From Spirochaetia bacterium (GTDB lineage: Bacteria; Spirochaetota; Spirochaetia; CADAEX01), in NCBI GenBank assembly GCA_963662795.1, contig OY759746.1, positions 64,001 through 128,000 of the forward strand: 64,000 nt of DNA, read 5' to 3'. Shown one piece after another: positions 1 to 9,893 of this stretch (positions are counted from its first letter, which is position 1; the number at the start of each line of letters is the position of its first letter). The notes below the pieces were generated by a model. That model was not told the origin of the DNA. It ran no database searches and was given only the letters and a program-made list of their open reading frames with translations. A program made the position numbers and the translations under genes.

Positions 1-242
1 TGCGCCGGAGGGAATTTATTTGGATTTGATGAAAAAGATTTATGAACATCTTTCCAATCCGTTATTCTCCTGTCATTTTCAAGATCAACAGGATTTTCAA
101 ACCGCCTGATTAAAGTTTCCTTTAAAACAGAGTAAAGATCTTCATCCGCAGTTTTATTTTTCATACTGCGCGCAATTACAATTCCTCTTCTGAACGAAGG
201 ATGGGCTTCAAATATTTTCTCTGCTATAACAATACATCCCAT
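1..242 (-). CDS. B3/4 (PheT B3-B4 tRNA-binding/editing-like) domain protein, N-terminal part, runs off window edge
   Basis: Not in ORF track. Manual translation from ATG at 242 (SD GGAG upstream) gives MGCIVIAEKIFEAHPSFRRGIVIA...RITDWKDVHKSFSSNPNKFPPA; W..F..NP.K.PP is typical of stand-alone B3/4 proteins. Confidence 0.65.
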   Translation of the reverse strand, partial: MGCIVIAEKIFEAHPSFRRGIVIARSMKNKTADEDLYSVLKETLIRRFENPVDLENDRRITDWKDVHKSFSSNPNKFPPA

Positions 243-263
243 ACATTACTCCTTCCGGCTATA

Positions 264-1496
264 TTATTCATCATCTTCATTTAAAATCTCTATCCTTACC
301 CGGCTTATTGCAAGCCTGTCTCCATCCAGAACAGTATACTTGATATTTCCTTCCATGAAAACCTTGCCAATCTCAGGAATTATCCCTAATCTTTCGCACA
401 GATATCCCCCGAGAGTTTCGTTATTTCCTTTTTTAATTTTAATTTCAGTTACATGCGAAAGATATTCAAGATCCGTATTCCCGGCTGCTACAAATACACG
501 GTTGTCAAGTTTTATTACATCATCCTTGATTGTGAGATAATTGCCGGGGATGGAACCGATTATTTCCGATGCAATCTGCTGATGAGTTATAATACCCGAG
601 ATGCCCCCATATTCATCAGTAAGAAATACAATTTCAAGGCCTCTCTCAACCATTACACCAAGCAGATCAGGAAGAGGTTTCACTTCAGGATAAAACTCAG
701 GAGGACGCATAATATGTTTTATTAAATAATTGTCTTTACAGCAAAAATCCTGCACATCTATATAACCGATTATGTCGTCAGTCCTTTTGGAAAAACAGGG
801 AAAATACCGCTGGTTCATCTGGCCTGCTACACGTATTACTTCCAGAGGATTTGTATTAATATGAAAAACCGGGTACTTGTGAAGCGGAATCATGGCTTCT
901 GATGCCAGAGTCTCGCTAAAATCAAGTATATCGTCAATTGCCCTGTAATCATCATAAACGGAACCTGATTCCTTGCTGCTAAGGTGCATGAGCATGCGGA
1001 AATCATCCCTTGAGCGGGGCATTCTTTCCACAATATTTTTTTGCCGCAGCAGCAGCATTATAAACCCTGCCATGCTGTTTACGAGAAAGGAAATCGGCAG
1101 AAAGATATAAAAGAAAAACCTGAGCACCAGAGACAACCGGACAGTTACTGAATCAGCATATCTCCTGAAGAAAGTTTTAGGTATTATTTCAGAAAAAAGG
1201 AGATATATTATAATCAACAGAGAACTTCCGATTACTGCAGCTGTGCCTGAGTAATTATTCCGCAGATAATTATTAAGAATGATCGAGCTTGTTACTACAG
1301 CAATATTGGTTCCGATCAGGGTGGTTCCCAGAAGCCGTTCAGGTTTTTTCAGCAGGAAGTCTGCTGATTTTGCCCAGCTGCTGCCTCCTTCCTTTTTGCC
1401 GAATATTTTAATTCTGTCTGCGGAAAGAAGTCCGGTTTCCATACCGGCGAAAAATGAGGCAAACAGCAGGCAGAGAACTTCGATAAGGATAATCAC
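264..1496 (-). CDS. CNNM/DUF21-CBS-CorC_HlyC (hemolysin-family) Mg2+/Co2+ transport protein
   Basis: FFAGMETG, LIGTN, SEIIPK, degenerate CBS pair, DEYGGISGI, C-terminal ETLGGY...G.IP CorC domain. Confidence 0.9.
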   Translation of the reverse strand: MIILIEVLCLLFASFFAGMETGLLSADRIKIFGKKEGGSSWAKSADFLLKKPERLLGTTLIGTNIAVVTSSIILNNYLRNNYSGTAAVIGSSLLIIIYLLFSEIIPKTFFRRYADSVTVRLSLVLRFFFYIFLPISFLVNSMAGFIMLLLRQKNIVERMPRSRDDFRMLMHLSSKESGSVYDDYRAIDDILDFSETLASEAMIPLHKYPVFHINTNPLEVIRVAGQMNQRYFPCFSKRTDDIIGYIDVQDFCCKDNYLIKHIMRPPEFYPEVKPLPDLLGVMVERGLEIVFLTDEYGGISGIITHQQIASEIIGSIPGNYLTIKDDVIKLDNRVFVAAGNTDLEYLSHVTEIKIKKGNNETLGGYLCERLGIIPEIGKVFMEGNIKYTVLDGDRLAISRVRIEILNEDDE

Positions 1497-2758
1497 TGCT
1501 TATCCCTCTCTTCAACGCTCAGCAATTCAATTTTATTTCCATCCATCCTGATTACTTTAAGGTTTATATGACTGCAGGTAATCACATCATTTATTTCCGG
1601 TATGTCGCCATGTTTTTCCATAAATAATCCGGCTGCGGTATCAGCATCTGTAATTATTTCCATACCGAGGAATTCCTCAAGTTCTTCTATAGCCATGTTG
1701 CCGGGGATAATCTCAACAGACTCAGGAGTGTCATTAAAGGTCTCCTTATAAGGAGTATAAAAAGCCTTTAACACGTCTTCTATAATGTTTCTGAACCATA
1801 TAATTCCGGCTGTACCGCCATATTCGTCAACCAGCTGTACAATATCGGTATCAGCTTCTCTTAATTCAGCAATCAGCCGGTTAAGGTCTTTTGATTCAGG
1901 TACAGATATAAATTTTTCAGCAAGCGTTCCAATTTCCAAATCCATATCTTTGTTTTGAATTTTACGGCTGAGTAAATCAAAAACGGGAACCCATCCATAT
2001 AGATGATCATTATCTTCCTTAAAAAGAATCAGTGATGAATTGATAATGTAATCAGGTTCAGCAGCGATAAGGCCGACGACCTCTCCTATACTTATATTCC
2101 AGGGAATTGTCTTGAGTTCGCTCCTTGGAGTCATGACACTATGTGCGGTTTTGTCCTTGAAAGTAAGATAGGATTTAAATAAACGGTATTCCGATTGTTT
2201 CAGAATACTCTCGTTAAATCCAAGTTCCGCTGTCGAGAGAACCAGAGCATGCCTGTCCTCGCGGTTTTCACCGATATTTTCTGAAAATTTCACTAAAACA
2301 CGTCTGATAATATAATTCAGACCTGCCCGTACCGGACTCAGAATTATATGAAGGTAGTATAACGGGACAGAGGCCAGGCGCGTAAAAGCTTTTGGATGAT
2401 TTACCGCTAATCTTTTCGGTGTCAACTCTCCGGCCATCAAAAGGATTATTGTCATTCCGATAATGGAAAACAAATCTGATTTGCCGTTAAATATATGGGC
2501 GCCTATAATGCTTCCTACGCTTGAAGCGAAAATATTTACAACCATGTTGCCGGTAAGAATTGTTATAAGCAGCTGTTCGTGATTTTCCAGCAAAAACTGA
2601 ATTATATTCCGCCCGTTTTTCGATTTGGATTTTTTCAGGGAATTCCTTTCGAGACGGTTAAGGGAAAAAATTGCGGTCTCAGAACCTGAAAAAAAGAATG
2701 AAAAAATCAGTAGAATAACGAGTAGTATATAATGTAAAAGCGGAGGGCCATCGTCCAT
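1493..2758 (-). CDS. CNNM/DUF21-CBS-CorC_HlyC protein (second paralog)
   Basis: FFSGSETAIFSL, LTGNMVVN, GELTPK, VMTPR, VDEYGGTAGI; likely start MDDGPP at 2758 rather than ORF-track 2800. Confidence 0.9.
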   Translation of the reverse strand: MDDGPPLLHYILLVILLIFSFFFSGSETAIFSLNRLERNSLKKSKSKNGRNIIQFLLENHEQLLITILTGNMVVNIFASSVGSIIGAHIFNGKSDLFSIIGMTIILLMAGELTPKRLAVNHPKAFTRLASVPLYYLHIILSPVRAGLNYIIRRVLVKFSENIGENREDRHALVLSTAELGFNESILKQSEYRLFKSYLTFKDKTAHSVMTPRSELKTIPWNISIGEVVGLIAAEPDYIINSSLILFKEDNDHLYGWVPVFDLLSRKIQNKDMDLEIGTLAEKFISVPESKDLNRLIAELREADTDIVQLVDEYGGTAGIIWFRNIIEDVLKAFYTPYKETFNDTPESVEIIPGNMAIEELEEFLGMEIITDADTAAGLFMEKHGDIPEINDVITCSHINLKVIRMDGNKIELLSVEERDKQ

Positions 2759-2769
2759 TTTATTACTTT

Positions 2770-4557
2770 TTACAGCCCCTGGTCCGCACAGCAGATGCAA
2801 TCATTTGATTTTTCTTTCTTTTCTACTATTGTATTATTTTCGCAGTTTATGAAATAAAACCAGTTCAGGGCTTCGAGTTTATCATCTTTAAATTGATTGA
2901 ATGACTCAGGGAAATCATCTCTTTTATGCATAGCAAATGTTTCTGCTTCTGAAAGATACTGCTTATATTCGGCTGCTGTATCAACTTCCTCATTCACAGA
3001 AATATCAGTTCCGATATATCTGTAGCTTTCGTTGATTCCGAAATCTCTTACAATTGCATGTTCTTCCATTATATTTATATTTGACCAGCCGCCAGTTTTC
3101 AAATCCACCGTATAGTCTTTTAAGAACAGATAAGCGTTTTTACTTACAAAGTCAATAGCCTCGATAATAAAATCCACTTCATACTCAGACATTGCATAAT
3201 GAAAATTTATTCTAACCCAGCCCGGCTTCAGGGAATTTATTCCGTTTAAAATTATTTCGCGGAATTTAAGTGATTTTTCAGCTCCTATTTTCAATAAGCT
3301 GTGGCCATAAGGGCCGGCGCATGCACACCCTGCTCTTGACTGTATTCCGAATAAATCATTCATAAGTTTCGTTACAAATCTATGATGCAGATATCTGTCT
3401 TTATACTTTATCATGAAAGAAATTATTGAAACTCTTTTTGAAGGATCAGCCGGGCCGAGAATCTCTACAGCAGGATTATCCTTGAATTTTTTAATTATTT
3501 TTTCAGTAAAATACTGTTCTTTTTCTTCAATTATTTCTGTCCCTATCCGGCCCTTTAACTGGATAGCCAGTCCTGCTTTTATAACCTGCAATATTCCGGG
3601 TGTACCGGCCTTTTCCCGTTCTTCAACATTATCCAGATAGTCCTGTCCGATGCTGCTGACATAATCAACAGTACCTCCTCCGGAAACTGTCGGGGGTATT
3701 TTGTTGTCATATAATTTACTATTTATTACCAGTATACCGGCTGCACCCGGACCGCCGATAAATTTATGGGGTGAGAAAAATACAGCGTCAAAATATGATT
3801 CCTTATTTTTATTCATATTAATCTCAACATAAGGAGCGCTTGCGGCAAAATCAAAACAGGCTATTGCTTTATTTGCATGAAGTATCATGGCTACTTCATA
3901 TACATCTGTTTTGATACCGGTTACATTGGAGGCAGCTGAAAAGGAACCTATTTTAAACCTGTTTTCATACCTGCTGTCCGAGACTTTTTTCTCAAGGTCA
4001 GCCAGATCAAGATAACCGTTCTGATCCAGTCCGATTTCAACAACCTCAACAAGGCTCTCCCGCCACATCAGAATGTTTGAATGATGTTCATAAGGTCCGA
4101 TGAAAACTACAGGCATCTTTTTATTAAATTCTGTGTTTACAAGATTCATCACATAATCATTGCTGTTCCTGCTCAATTCTGAATTAATCAGAAAATCAAT
4201 AATCCTGTTTTTTGTCGCGGGAGGCATGTATACCCCGATTATTTTACTGAAACTTAATATTGCGCCTGTTGCCCCTGTCCCGGCCGGAATAACATAACAG
4301 TTATTTGCGGCATTCAGTTCTTCCTTGATAATTTTTTCAGATTTATGAAGAAGCTTCGTCATCAATTCACCTGTCAAGTCATCCTCGGTATGAGTATTGG
4401 CATAGTATTGCTCAATTTCCATCATATACTTTTCAACAAATTTCAGTGGTTTGCCTGAAGCGGTGTAATCAGTATATGTGATTATTCTTTCTCCATAAGG
4501 TGTTGTGAATTTTTTGTTTCTGCCAATTATTTCAGATCTTAATATATCCAGCTTCAT
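2770..4557 (-). CDS. PLP-dependent aminotransferase class V, cysteine desulfurase (SufS)-like
   Basis: YTDYTASG, YANTHT, EHHSN, SAASNVTG, FSPHKF (PLP Lys), GGGTV, AGTP, SRAGCACAGPYGH (catalytic Cys region), PGWVR. Confidence 0.88.
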   Translation of the reverse strand: MKLDILRSEIIGRNKKFTTPYGERIITYTDYTASGKPLKFVEKYMMEIEQYYANTHTEDDLTGELMTKLLHKSEKIIKEELNAANNCYVIPAGTGATGAILSFSKIIGVYMPPATKNRIIDFLINSELSRNSNDYVMNLVNTEFNKKMPVVFIGPYEHHSNILMWRESLVEVVEIGLDQNGYLDLADLEKKVSDSRYENRFKIGSFSAASNVTGIKTDVYEVAMILHANKAIACFDFAASAPYVEINMNKNKESYFDAVFFSPHKFIGGPGAAGILVINSKLYDNKIPPTVSGGGTVDYVSSIGQDYLDNVEEREKAGTPGILQVIKAGLAIQLKGRIGTEIIEEKEQYFTEKIIKKFKDNPAVEILGPADPSKRVSIISFMIKYKDRYLHHRFVTKLMNDLFGIQSRAGCACAGPYGHSLLKIGAEKSLKFREIILNGINSLKPGWVRINFHYAMSEYEVDFIIEAIDFVSKNAYLFLKDYTVDLKTGGWSNINIMEEHAIVRDFGINESYRYIGTDISVNEEVDTAAEYKQYLSEAETFAMHKRDDFPESFNQFKDDKLEALNWFYFINCENNTIVEKKEKSNDCICCADQGL

Positions 4558-4972
4558 TTTTATGATTTCTCCCTTTTAATCCTTATCCAGGCCCACATGA
4601 ATTCTTAATATCACCGATGTTTTTAATTTTTTCACGATATTATGTATCTGACTCTTTCTTTTTAATTTTTAACCATAAAAACTACCCTAATTGATTATTT
4701 AGGATTAAAGTTTAATATACCATGATATTACAGCAAAGAGATATAATATTTAATTGCAGTATGGTATAATTTGCTGCTTTACTAAAAAAATATTCTGCAA
4801 CAAATAAGTCATTTGAATATAAAAATTTTTGAGCCAGATAATAACAATTCGGTTGCCGCATTCAACGGCAGCCGCAAATCCAAAAAAAGGACAGGAGTTT
4901 TATCAACTTTGATATTAACGGTAAGAGATGAAAAAATAGATTCATTTGTTTATATTTAATAAGGAATAAAAT

Positions 4973-5371
4973 ATGAAAAAAACTGAAATAATAGTCTTAA
5001 TCATTATATCATGCCTTGCATTAAGTATTCTATCCTGCTCATCTGCAGTTCAGAAGAAACTTGCCGGAAAATGGCAGGTAACAGAAGCCCATCTTCCGAA
5101 CGGGCAGGTCCTTAAAAACCCGGACATGAGGATTGTTTTCACAAGATCGTCATTCACCATATACACAAACGGCAAAATGAACCTGGCGCTTGATTACAAG
5201 GTAAAAAAGGATTTTGTCGGCTACTACATCGAAACCTCATCAGACAGAAAAATACAGGGGCAGAGGCTGGAATTTACAGATAACGACAGCCTCTCGCTCG
5301 AACTCTCTGATTACATCGGCGGACAGCCAGTGAAACTTACGTATTATTTAAAGAGAATAATTGAGAAATAG
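4973..5371 (+). CDS. Lipoprotein, lipocalin-like (GKW motif)
   Basis: Signal peptide with lipobox ILSC; KLAGKWQVTE motif; SD AAGGA. Confidence 0.65.
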   Translation: MKKTEIIVLIIISCLALSILSCSSAVQKKLAGKWQVTEAHLPNGQVLKNPDMRIVFTRSSFTIYTNGKMNLALDYKVKKDFVGYYIETSSDRKIQGQRLEFTDNDSLSLELSDYIGGQPVKLTYYLKRIIEK

Positions 5372-5401
5372 GCCTGGCATATCTTAAGCTGATTCAGCAA
5401 T

Positions 5402-5955
5402 TTATGGTACTGGAATTGTCTCATTAATTGTAATGTCAACACTTTCACCGTTGACTGTTCCTGTTACAGACCCAGTTACAACTATGGAATCTGAAATCTC
5501 AAGGTTCAGTACAACATCAATGTCTACACTATATGTTCCGGATAAGCTTCCGCCTTCAACAGAAATATTTCCGGGAATGATACTGTAACTGTATATAATT
5601 CACTGTCATAACTGTAATCAATATCTATCAACCCGTTAAGAATATACTGATTATCATCATATATAACATGGAAGTTGTCAAAATTAATTGTGTTGTATAA
5701 AAGTGAATAAATCGCAATATTACCATAACCATCAGGAATTTCTTGATCCGGTGCCGCGGTTAAGAAAGGCGGTGAGGTCAAATAAGGAGGAGCACCTGCA
5801 CTTAGAGAATAATCACCCATTACTGCTCCGGCAACCGCCAGAGCTCCGGCGGCTTCAGCAGGATTTTCACTGTCAGATGATCCGCTCCCGGCGGAATCGC
5901 AGGAAACTATAAAAAGCAGCAGAATGATACCGATAACTGACAATATTCTATTCAT
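5402..5955 (-). pseudogene. Beta-rich lipoprotein with an apparent 1-nt frameshift near 5572-5575
   Basis: Lipobox IVSC. After ...VTVSF an alternative frame gives GNISVEGGSLSGTYSVDIDVVLNLEISDSIVVTGSVTGTVNGESVDITINETIPVP* (stop at 5402), a better continuation than the ORF-track tail. Confidence 0.55.
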
Positions 5956-6061
5956 CTTTAAATACCCCCCATTGAAAAGCGATATAAATAATTATATTCC
6001 CCGTTATTAATTTTTTCAATTTTTTTCTATGATTAAGGCTTTACAGTAAACGCAACAGCCC

Positions 6062-6090
6062 TTGACAGCGTAAATATAACTATCTATATA
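6062..6090 (+). promoter_or_regulatory. Putative sigma70 promoter of YeeE pair
   Basis: TTGACA (6062-6067), 17 bp, TATATA (6085-6090). Confidence 0.45.
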
Positions 6091-6119
6091 TTAAATATAT
6101 GCAATACAAAGGAAGAACC

Positions 6120-6650
6120 ATGAAAATTCCCCAAAAGGCAAAACCCTATTTCTACGGAGCACTTACTGGAGTGCTTTTAACTGCAAGCGCAGCCGTTACA
6201 GGACAGTTTTTCGGAACTTCAACGACTTTTCCCCGCCTCTCAACAAGATTACTCGATTTACTTGGCTTTGATTTGACTAAAACAGCATTTTACCAGGCAA
6301 ATGACGGGCTCTTTACAGCATCAGCGCTTCCTGACTGGCAGCTTTTGTTTGTCATCGGAATCGGAATCGGCGCTTTTCTGTCTTCAATTATATCGAAAAC
6401 CTTTAAACGGGAAGTGCTGCCTCCGATGTGGGAGGAGGATATGGGAAGTAAAAAGAGCAAAAGAATCATATTCTCACTCACAGGCGGGGCGCTGGCAATG
6501 CTTGGGGCACGGATAGCGGGCGGATGCCCCAGCGGCCACGGCATAAGCGGGATGAGCCAGCTTGGCGTAAGCAGCCTGATTGCCATGGTCATGTTTTTTA
6601 CAGGCGGAATCATTACAGCGAGGATTTTATACAGGGGAGGAAGATCATGA
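6120..6650 (+). CDS. YeeE/YedE family thiosulfate/sulfur transporter, subunit 1
   Basis: G.S.T, DWQ, GARIAGGCPSGHGISG motif. Confidence 0.88.
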   Translation: MKIPQKAKPYFYGALTGVLLTASAAVTGQFFGTSTTFPRLSTRLLDLLGFDLTKTAFYQANDGLFTASALPDWQLLFVIGIGIGAFLSSIISKTFKREVLPPMWEEDMGSKKSKRIIFSLTGGALAMLGARIAGGCPSGHGISGMSQLGVSSLIAMVMFFTGGIITARILYRGGRS

Positions 6651-7171
6651 CGCTTTTTTACGGTCTTTTAACAGGCGCTTTATTCGGATTCTTCCTGCAG
6701 CAGGCCCAGGTTATCCGGTTTGAAAAACAGGTGGGTGCGTTGAAGCTGAAAGACATGGCCATAGTAAAGTTCATGCTCGCCGCAATTGTCACAGGCTCTA
6801 TCGGTATATACCTGCTATCGGATTTTGGAATCATCTCTTTCGCACCGCGGCAGCTGAGCCCCGCTCTTCAGATTACAGGCGGGCTGCTTTTCGGCACTGG
6901 CTGGGCAGTTATCGGCTACTGCCCCGGGACAAGTATCGCGGCTTTCGCTGAAGGAAGGTTTCACGCAATCTGGCCTATTCTTGGAATGCTGATCGGGGGA
7001 CTTATTTACGCATTTCTCTATCCCTGGATTGAAATATATCTGCGATATCCGGGTGAACTGATACCGGTCTCAATACCGCAGCTTCCTGGAGTAAGCCACT
7101 GGATAGTAATTGCTGCCATGGCAATCGGTGCTTTTTTTCTCTTCAGGTTTTTCGAGAAAAAAGGGCTTTGA
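6647..7171 (+). CDS. YeeE/YedE family sulfur transporter, subunit 2
   Basis: GLLTGALFGFFLQ, GGLLFGTGWAVIGYCPGT; ATGA overlap with the upstream gene. Confidence 0.88.
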   Translation: MTLFYGLLTGALFGFFLQQAQVIRFEKQVGALKLKDMAIVKFMLAAIVTGSIGIYLLSDFGIISFAPRQLSPALQITGGLLFGTGWAVIGYCPGTSIAAFAEGRFHAIWPILGMLIGGLIYAFLYPWIEIYLRYPGELIPVSIPQLPGVSHWIVIAAMAIGAFFLFRFFEKKGL

Positions 7172-7300
7172 TTAAGCAAATCCGGTTGTAGGGTATATGC
7201 TTGCCTCCTGCAATGAATATAACAGACGGGATACTGAAAGTACGTTAGCGCAACTCATGGGAAAATCCGGTATAAACAGCATGAGTGATAATTTATTATT

Positions 7301-7771
7301 TTACACAACCTTACCTATTATTACCGTATAATTTTTCCCGTATTTTTTTGCGCATTTCGGGCATGTCGTATACCACATAAACTGTCTGCTGATTTTTTTA
7401 CCGGCATCCCCTGCAAGTTTTTCAAAATTGCTGCACCATTTTCCTGTATCACTGAACGGGCCTTCATAGACTTTGCTGAAAAAATCACCGCTTAAAGTCA
7501 CGTTTTCCGCATCCCTGATTTCTTTATCAACAGCAAGATATATATCCATAATCCATTTTGAGGTATGATCAGATAACCCAAGCCCGTCAGGGATTGTCCC
7601 TCCCGAAGCCCTCACCTTTTTATCAAGACGTTTCATGACTGAGCCGAAATTAAGCGGTATATAAAAAAAAGTACACACTTTATCTTTGATGAATTTTTTA
7701 TTTTCCCAGTGATGTGTTTTCCCGTCCCATGGCACCGGATCGAATTCCAGACAGCATATTTCCTCTTCCAT
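7301..7771 (-). CDS. Conserved hypothetical 'hydrolase'-annotated protein (GyrI-like small-molecule-binding fold likely)
   Basis: CC..FDP..WD N-terminus, KVYEGPF, WYTTCPKCAKKYGKNY C-terminus; SD GGAGAG. Confidence 0.65.
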   Translation of the reverse strand: MEEEICCLEFDPVPWDGKTHHWENKKFIKDKVCTFFYIPLNFGSVMKRLDKKVRASGGTIPDGLGLSDHTSKWIMDIYLAVDKEIRDAENVTLSGDFFSKVYEGPFSDTGKWCSNFEKLAGDAGKKISRQFMWYTTCPKCAKKYGKNYTVIIGKVV

Positions 7772-7974
7772 ATAACTCTCCTCTATTTGATATAATTTAT
7801 TATCATATATTTTTCAATGTTTTTTTGTCCTTCAGGTCATTAACCGGAACAGCCGCTTGAAGAGTAACAGATCCATCTATTTTCGCAGCTTTATGCCGGT
7901 CGCCAATTTTAATGCAGAAGATAATTTAACTGTTACCAGTTAAAAAATAGTTTCTATTATATTTGCCTATAAAT

Positions 7975-8008
7975 ATAATATGACTGATTAAATAATCAGC
8001 CATATTAT
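7975..8008 (-). terminator. Long AT-rich hairpin, likely terminator downstream of the 8054-8305 gene
   Basis: ATAATATGACTGATTA-AA-TAATCAGCCATATTAT, one G-U pair on the minus strand. Confidence 0.45.
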
Positions 8009-8053
8009 TACTCACGATTAACAGGCAGAAATATTAAGTGGTAATGTTTCTGC

Positions 8054-8305
8054 CTATTCTTTTTTTACCGGCGGTGTTGCCTGATTAAAAAAACCTACTG
8101 TGCCCAGAATAAGGGCAATAAGCACAACAAGAAGCATAATTATCCATATCTTAACTGTCAGGACATAAAAAATAAAATAGAATATTCCGAATACCGCAGC
8201 CGTAATAACAAGGTATGTTATCCACCAGACCCAGATGGGTTTTCCTGATAAAAATGCTGACAGTTTTGATTCAATAGCATTTTTTGTATTTTCAACTTCT
8301 TTCAT
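8054..8305 (-). CDS. Small two-TM membrane protein
   Basis: SD AGGAGG before MKEVENTK at 8305; two hydrophobic helices. Confidence 0.6.
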   Translation of the reverse strand: MKEVENTKNAIESKLSAFLSGKPIWVWWITYLVITAAVFGIFYFIFYVLTVKIWIIMLLVVLIALILGTVGFFNQATPPVKKE

Positions 8306-8467
8306 AAATCCTCCTGAATTTATCCACTCAATAATAATATAATGCAATAATCCCCATTTTTCAAATTCTTATGTATATATGGACGGAGAGGAAAAATAAT
8401 AAACTTTTTCTGGAATTAGGATAAAAAGCAACTATAATTATTTACAAGTCTTAAATTAATTTTTATT

Positions 8468-8486
8468 AAAAGTGATAATCATTATT
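8468..8486. promoter_or_regulatory. Fur box
   Basis: AAAAGTGATAATCATTATT matches 15/19 of GATAATGATAATCATTATC and lies upstream of an Fe3+-type ABC operon. Confidence 0.55.
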
Positions 8487-8564
8487 GTTTTGTTACAATT
8501 TGAATAATATCATGGTTTAATATTGAATATTTAAAATTTATATATTTTAAAATGGAGGAATAAA

Positions 8565-9809
8565 ATGAAAAAGATTTCAGTAATCGCACTGTTTTTTCTC
8601 ATTTTAGGTTCATCTGCTTTCGCAGGCGGATCAAAAGAGAAAATCGGCGGTTCAGATTATCCGGCGGCAATGGATGCCTGGGCAAAAGAGGCAAAACTCG
8701 GCAAGTATGATAAAAATCAGGACTGGGATGAAATTATTGCCAAGGCCAAACAGGAAGGGGAAGTTGTCGTATATTCTGCATCTTCCAGAATGGCGGCAGT
8801 AGGGGAAGCATTCACAAAGAAATATCCTGAAATCAAGGTTACAGCTTATGATCTTGGTTCTGTAAAGACATTTGAAAAGACAGTCGGAGAACAGGACGCA
8901 GGTATTTTTAACGCGGATATCGTAACAACAGGAGGCAGCGGCGATTTTATTTATGATCTTCTGGCAAACCACCGGGTTGTTAATTTTGTGCCGTCAATGT
9001 ACGCCAAAGTAATACCTAAAGAATATCAGGAACCGGCTTTAATCCGCATAATGGAAGCAATAGTATTTATGTACAATACTGAAGTCCATTCCGCGCCTCC
9101 CATCAAGAACCTTTGGGAACTTACAGAACCCAAATATAAAGGGAAAGTAGTTATTAAAGACCCGCTCGGTTCCTACTCAAACCTCATGGGAATCGCAACA
9201 ATAGTAGGGCACCCTGAAGAGATGGAAAAAGCATACAAAAAAATGACCGGAAAGAATCTGGTTTTAAGCCCCGGTGTTGAGAATGCAGGCTATGAATGGC
9301 TTTACAGGCTTCTTCACAACGACCTTATAATACTCGAATCCGGAGGAAAGGTTACAGGTTCATCCGGCAAGAAAGGGCAGAAAGATCCACCGATTTCAAT
9401 CACTTCATTTACCTACTACCGCTATAACCAGACTAATGACTATATCAACGGTATTGTATATCCGATTGAACCATCAGACGGCGTAATATACCCGACCTAT
9501 ACAGCAATAGCAAGGCAGGCCCCGCATCCCAACGCATCAAAACTCTTTACGGCATTCATGCTCGGCGACCCTTCAATTACACTCGATACAGTTATTGATG
9601 AACCTTATACAGAGGGTAAATCACTTGAACTGCTTCAGGGACTGGCTCCCTATTATGAAGTCGGCTCCATGAGCCCGCGGACCAATGTTCCCCTTCCGAA
9701 GGGAGGAGAAGAATGGGGTAAAATGAAGATGTGGGTTGTTGATCCTGAGTTTATGTGGTTTAACGGGCCAAAGGTACAGGACTTCTGGATCAAGGAAGTA
9801 GCAAAATAA
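8565..9809 (+). CDS. ABC transporter substrate-binding protein (AfuA/FbpA-like)
   Basis: Signal peptide AFAGGSKE, AKQEGEVVVYS, YNT, APHPNASKLF. Confidence 0.85.
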   Translation: MKKISVIALFFLILGSSAFAGGSKEKIGGSDYPAAMDAWAKEAKLGKYDKNQDWDEIIAKAKQEGEVVVYSASSRMAAVGEAFTKKYPEIKVTAYDLGSVKTFEKTVGEQDAGIFNADIVTTGGSGDFIYDLLANHRVVNFVPSMYAKVIPKEYQEPALIRIMEAIVFMYNTEVHSAPPIKNLWELTEPKYKGKVVIKDPLGSYSNLMGIATIVGHPEEMEKAYKKMTGKNLVLSPGVENAGYEWLYRLLHNDLIILESGGKVTGSSGKKGQKDPPISITSFTYYRYNQTNDYINGIVYPIEPSDGVIYPTYTAIARQAPHPNASKLFTAFMLGDPSITLDTVIDEPYTEGKSLELLQGLAPYYEVGSMSPRTNVPLPKGGEEWGKMKMWVVDPEFMWFNGPKVQDFWIKEVAK

Positions 9810-9830
9810 TTTAATTCTTTACAGTTACAG

Positions 9831-9862
9831 GCAGGGGTGCCTTTCCGGCATCCCTGCTTTTT
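9831..9862 (+). terminator. Intra-operon hairpin/terminator after SBP gene
   Basis: GCAGGGGTGCC-TTTCC-GGCATCCCTGC followed by TTTTT. Confidence 0.7.
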
Positions 9863-9893
9863 AAGCAGCAGGGGAAAAGAGCAGGGGATACTT

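Noticed and set aside
4851-4900. GGTTGCCG...CGGCAGCC hairpin followed by GCAAATCC-A7-GGACAGGAG, superficially like the start of a c-di-AMP or c-di-GMP riboswitch
   Set aside because: Downstream conserved elements are missing; only a simple hairpin is supported. An Infernal/Rfam scan would settle it.
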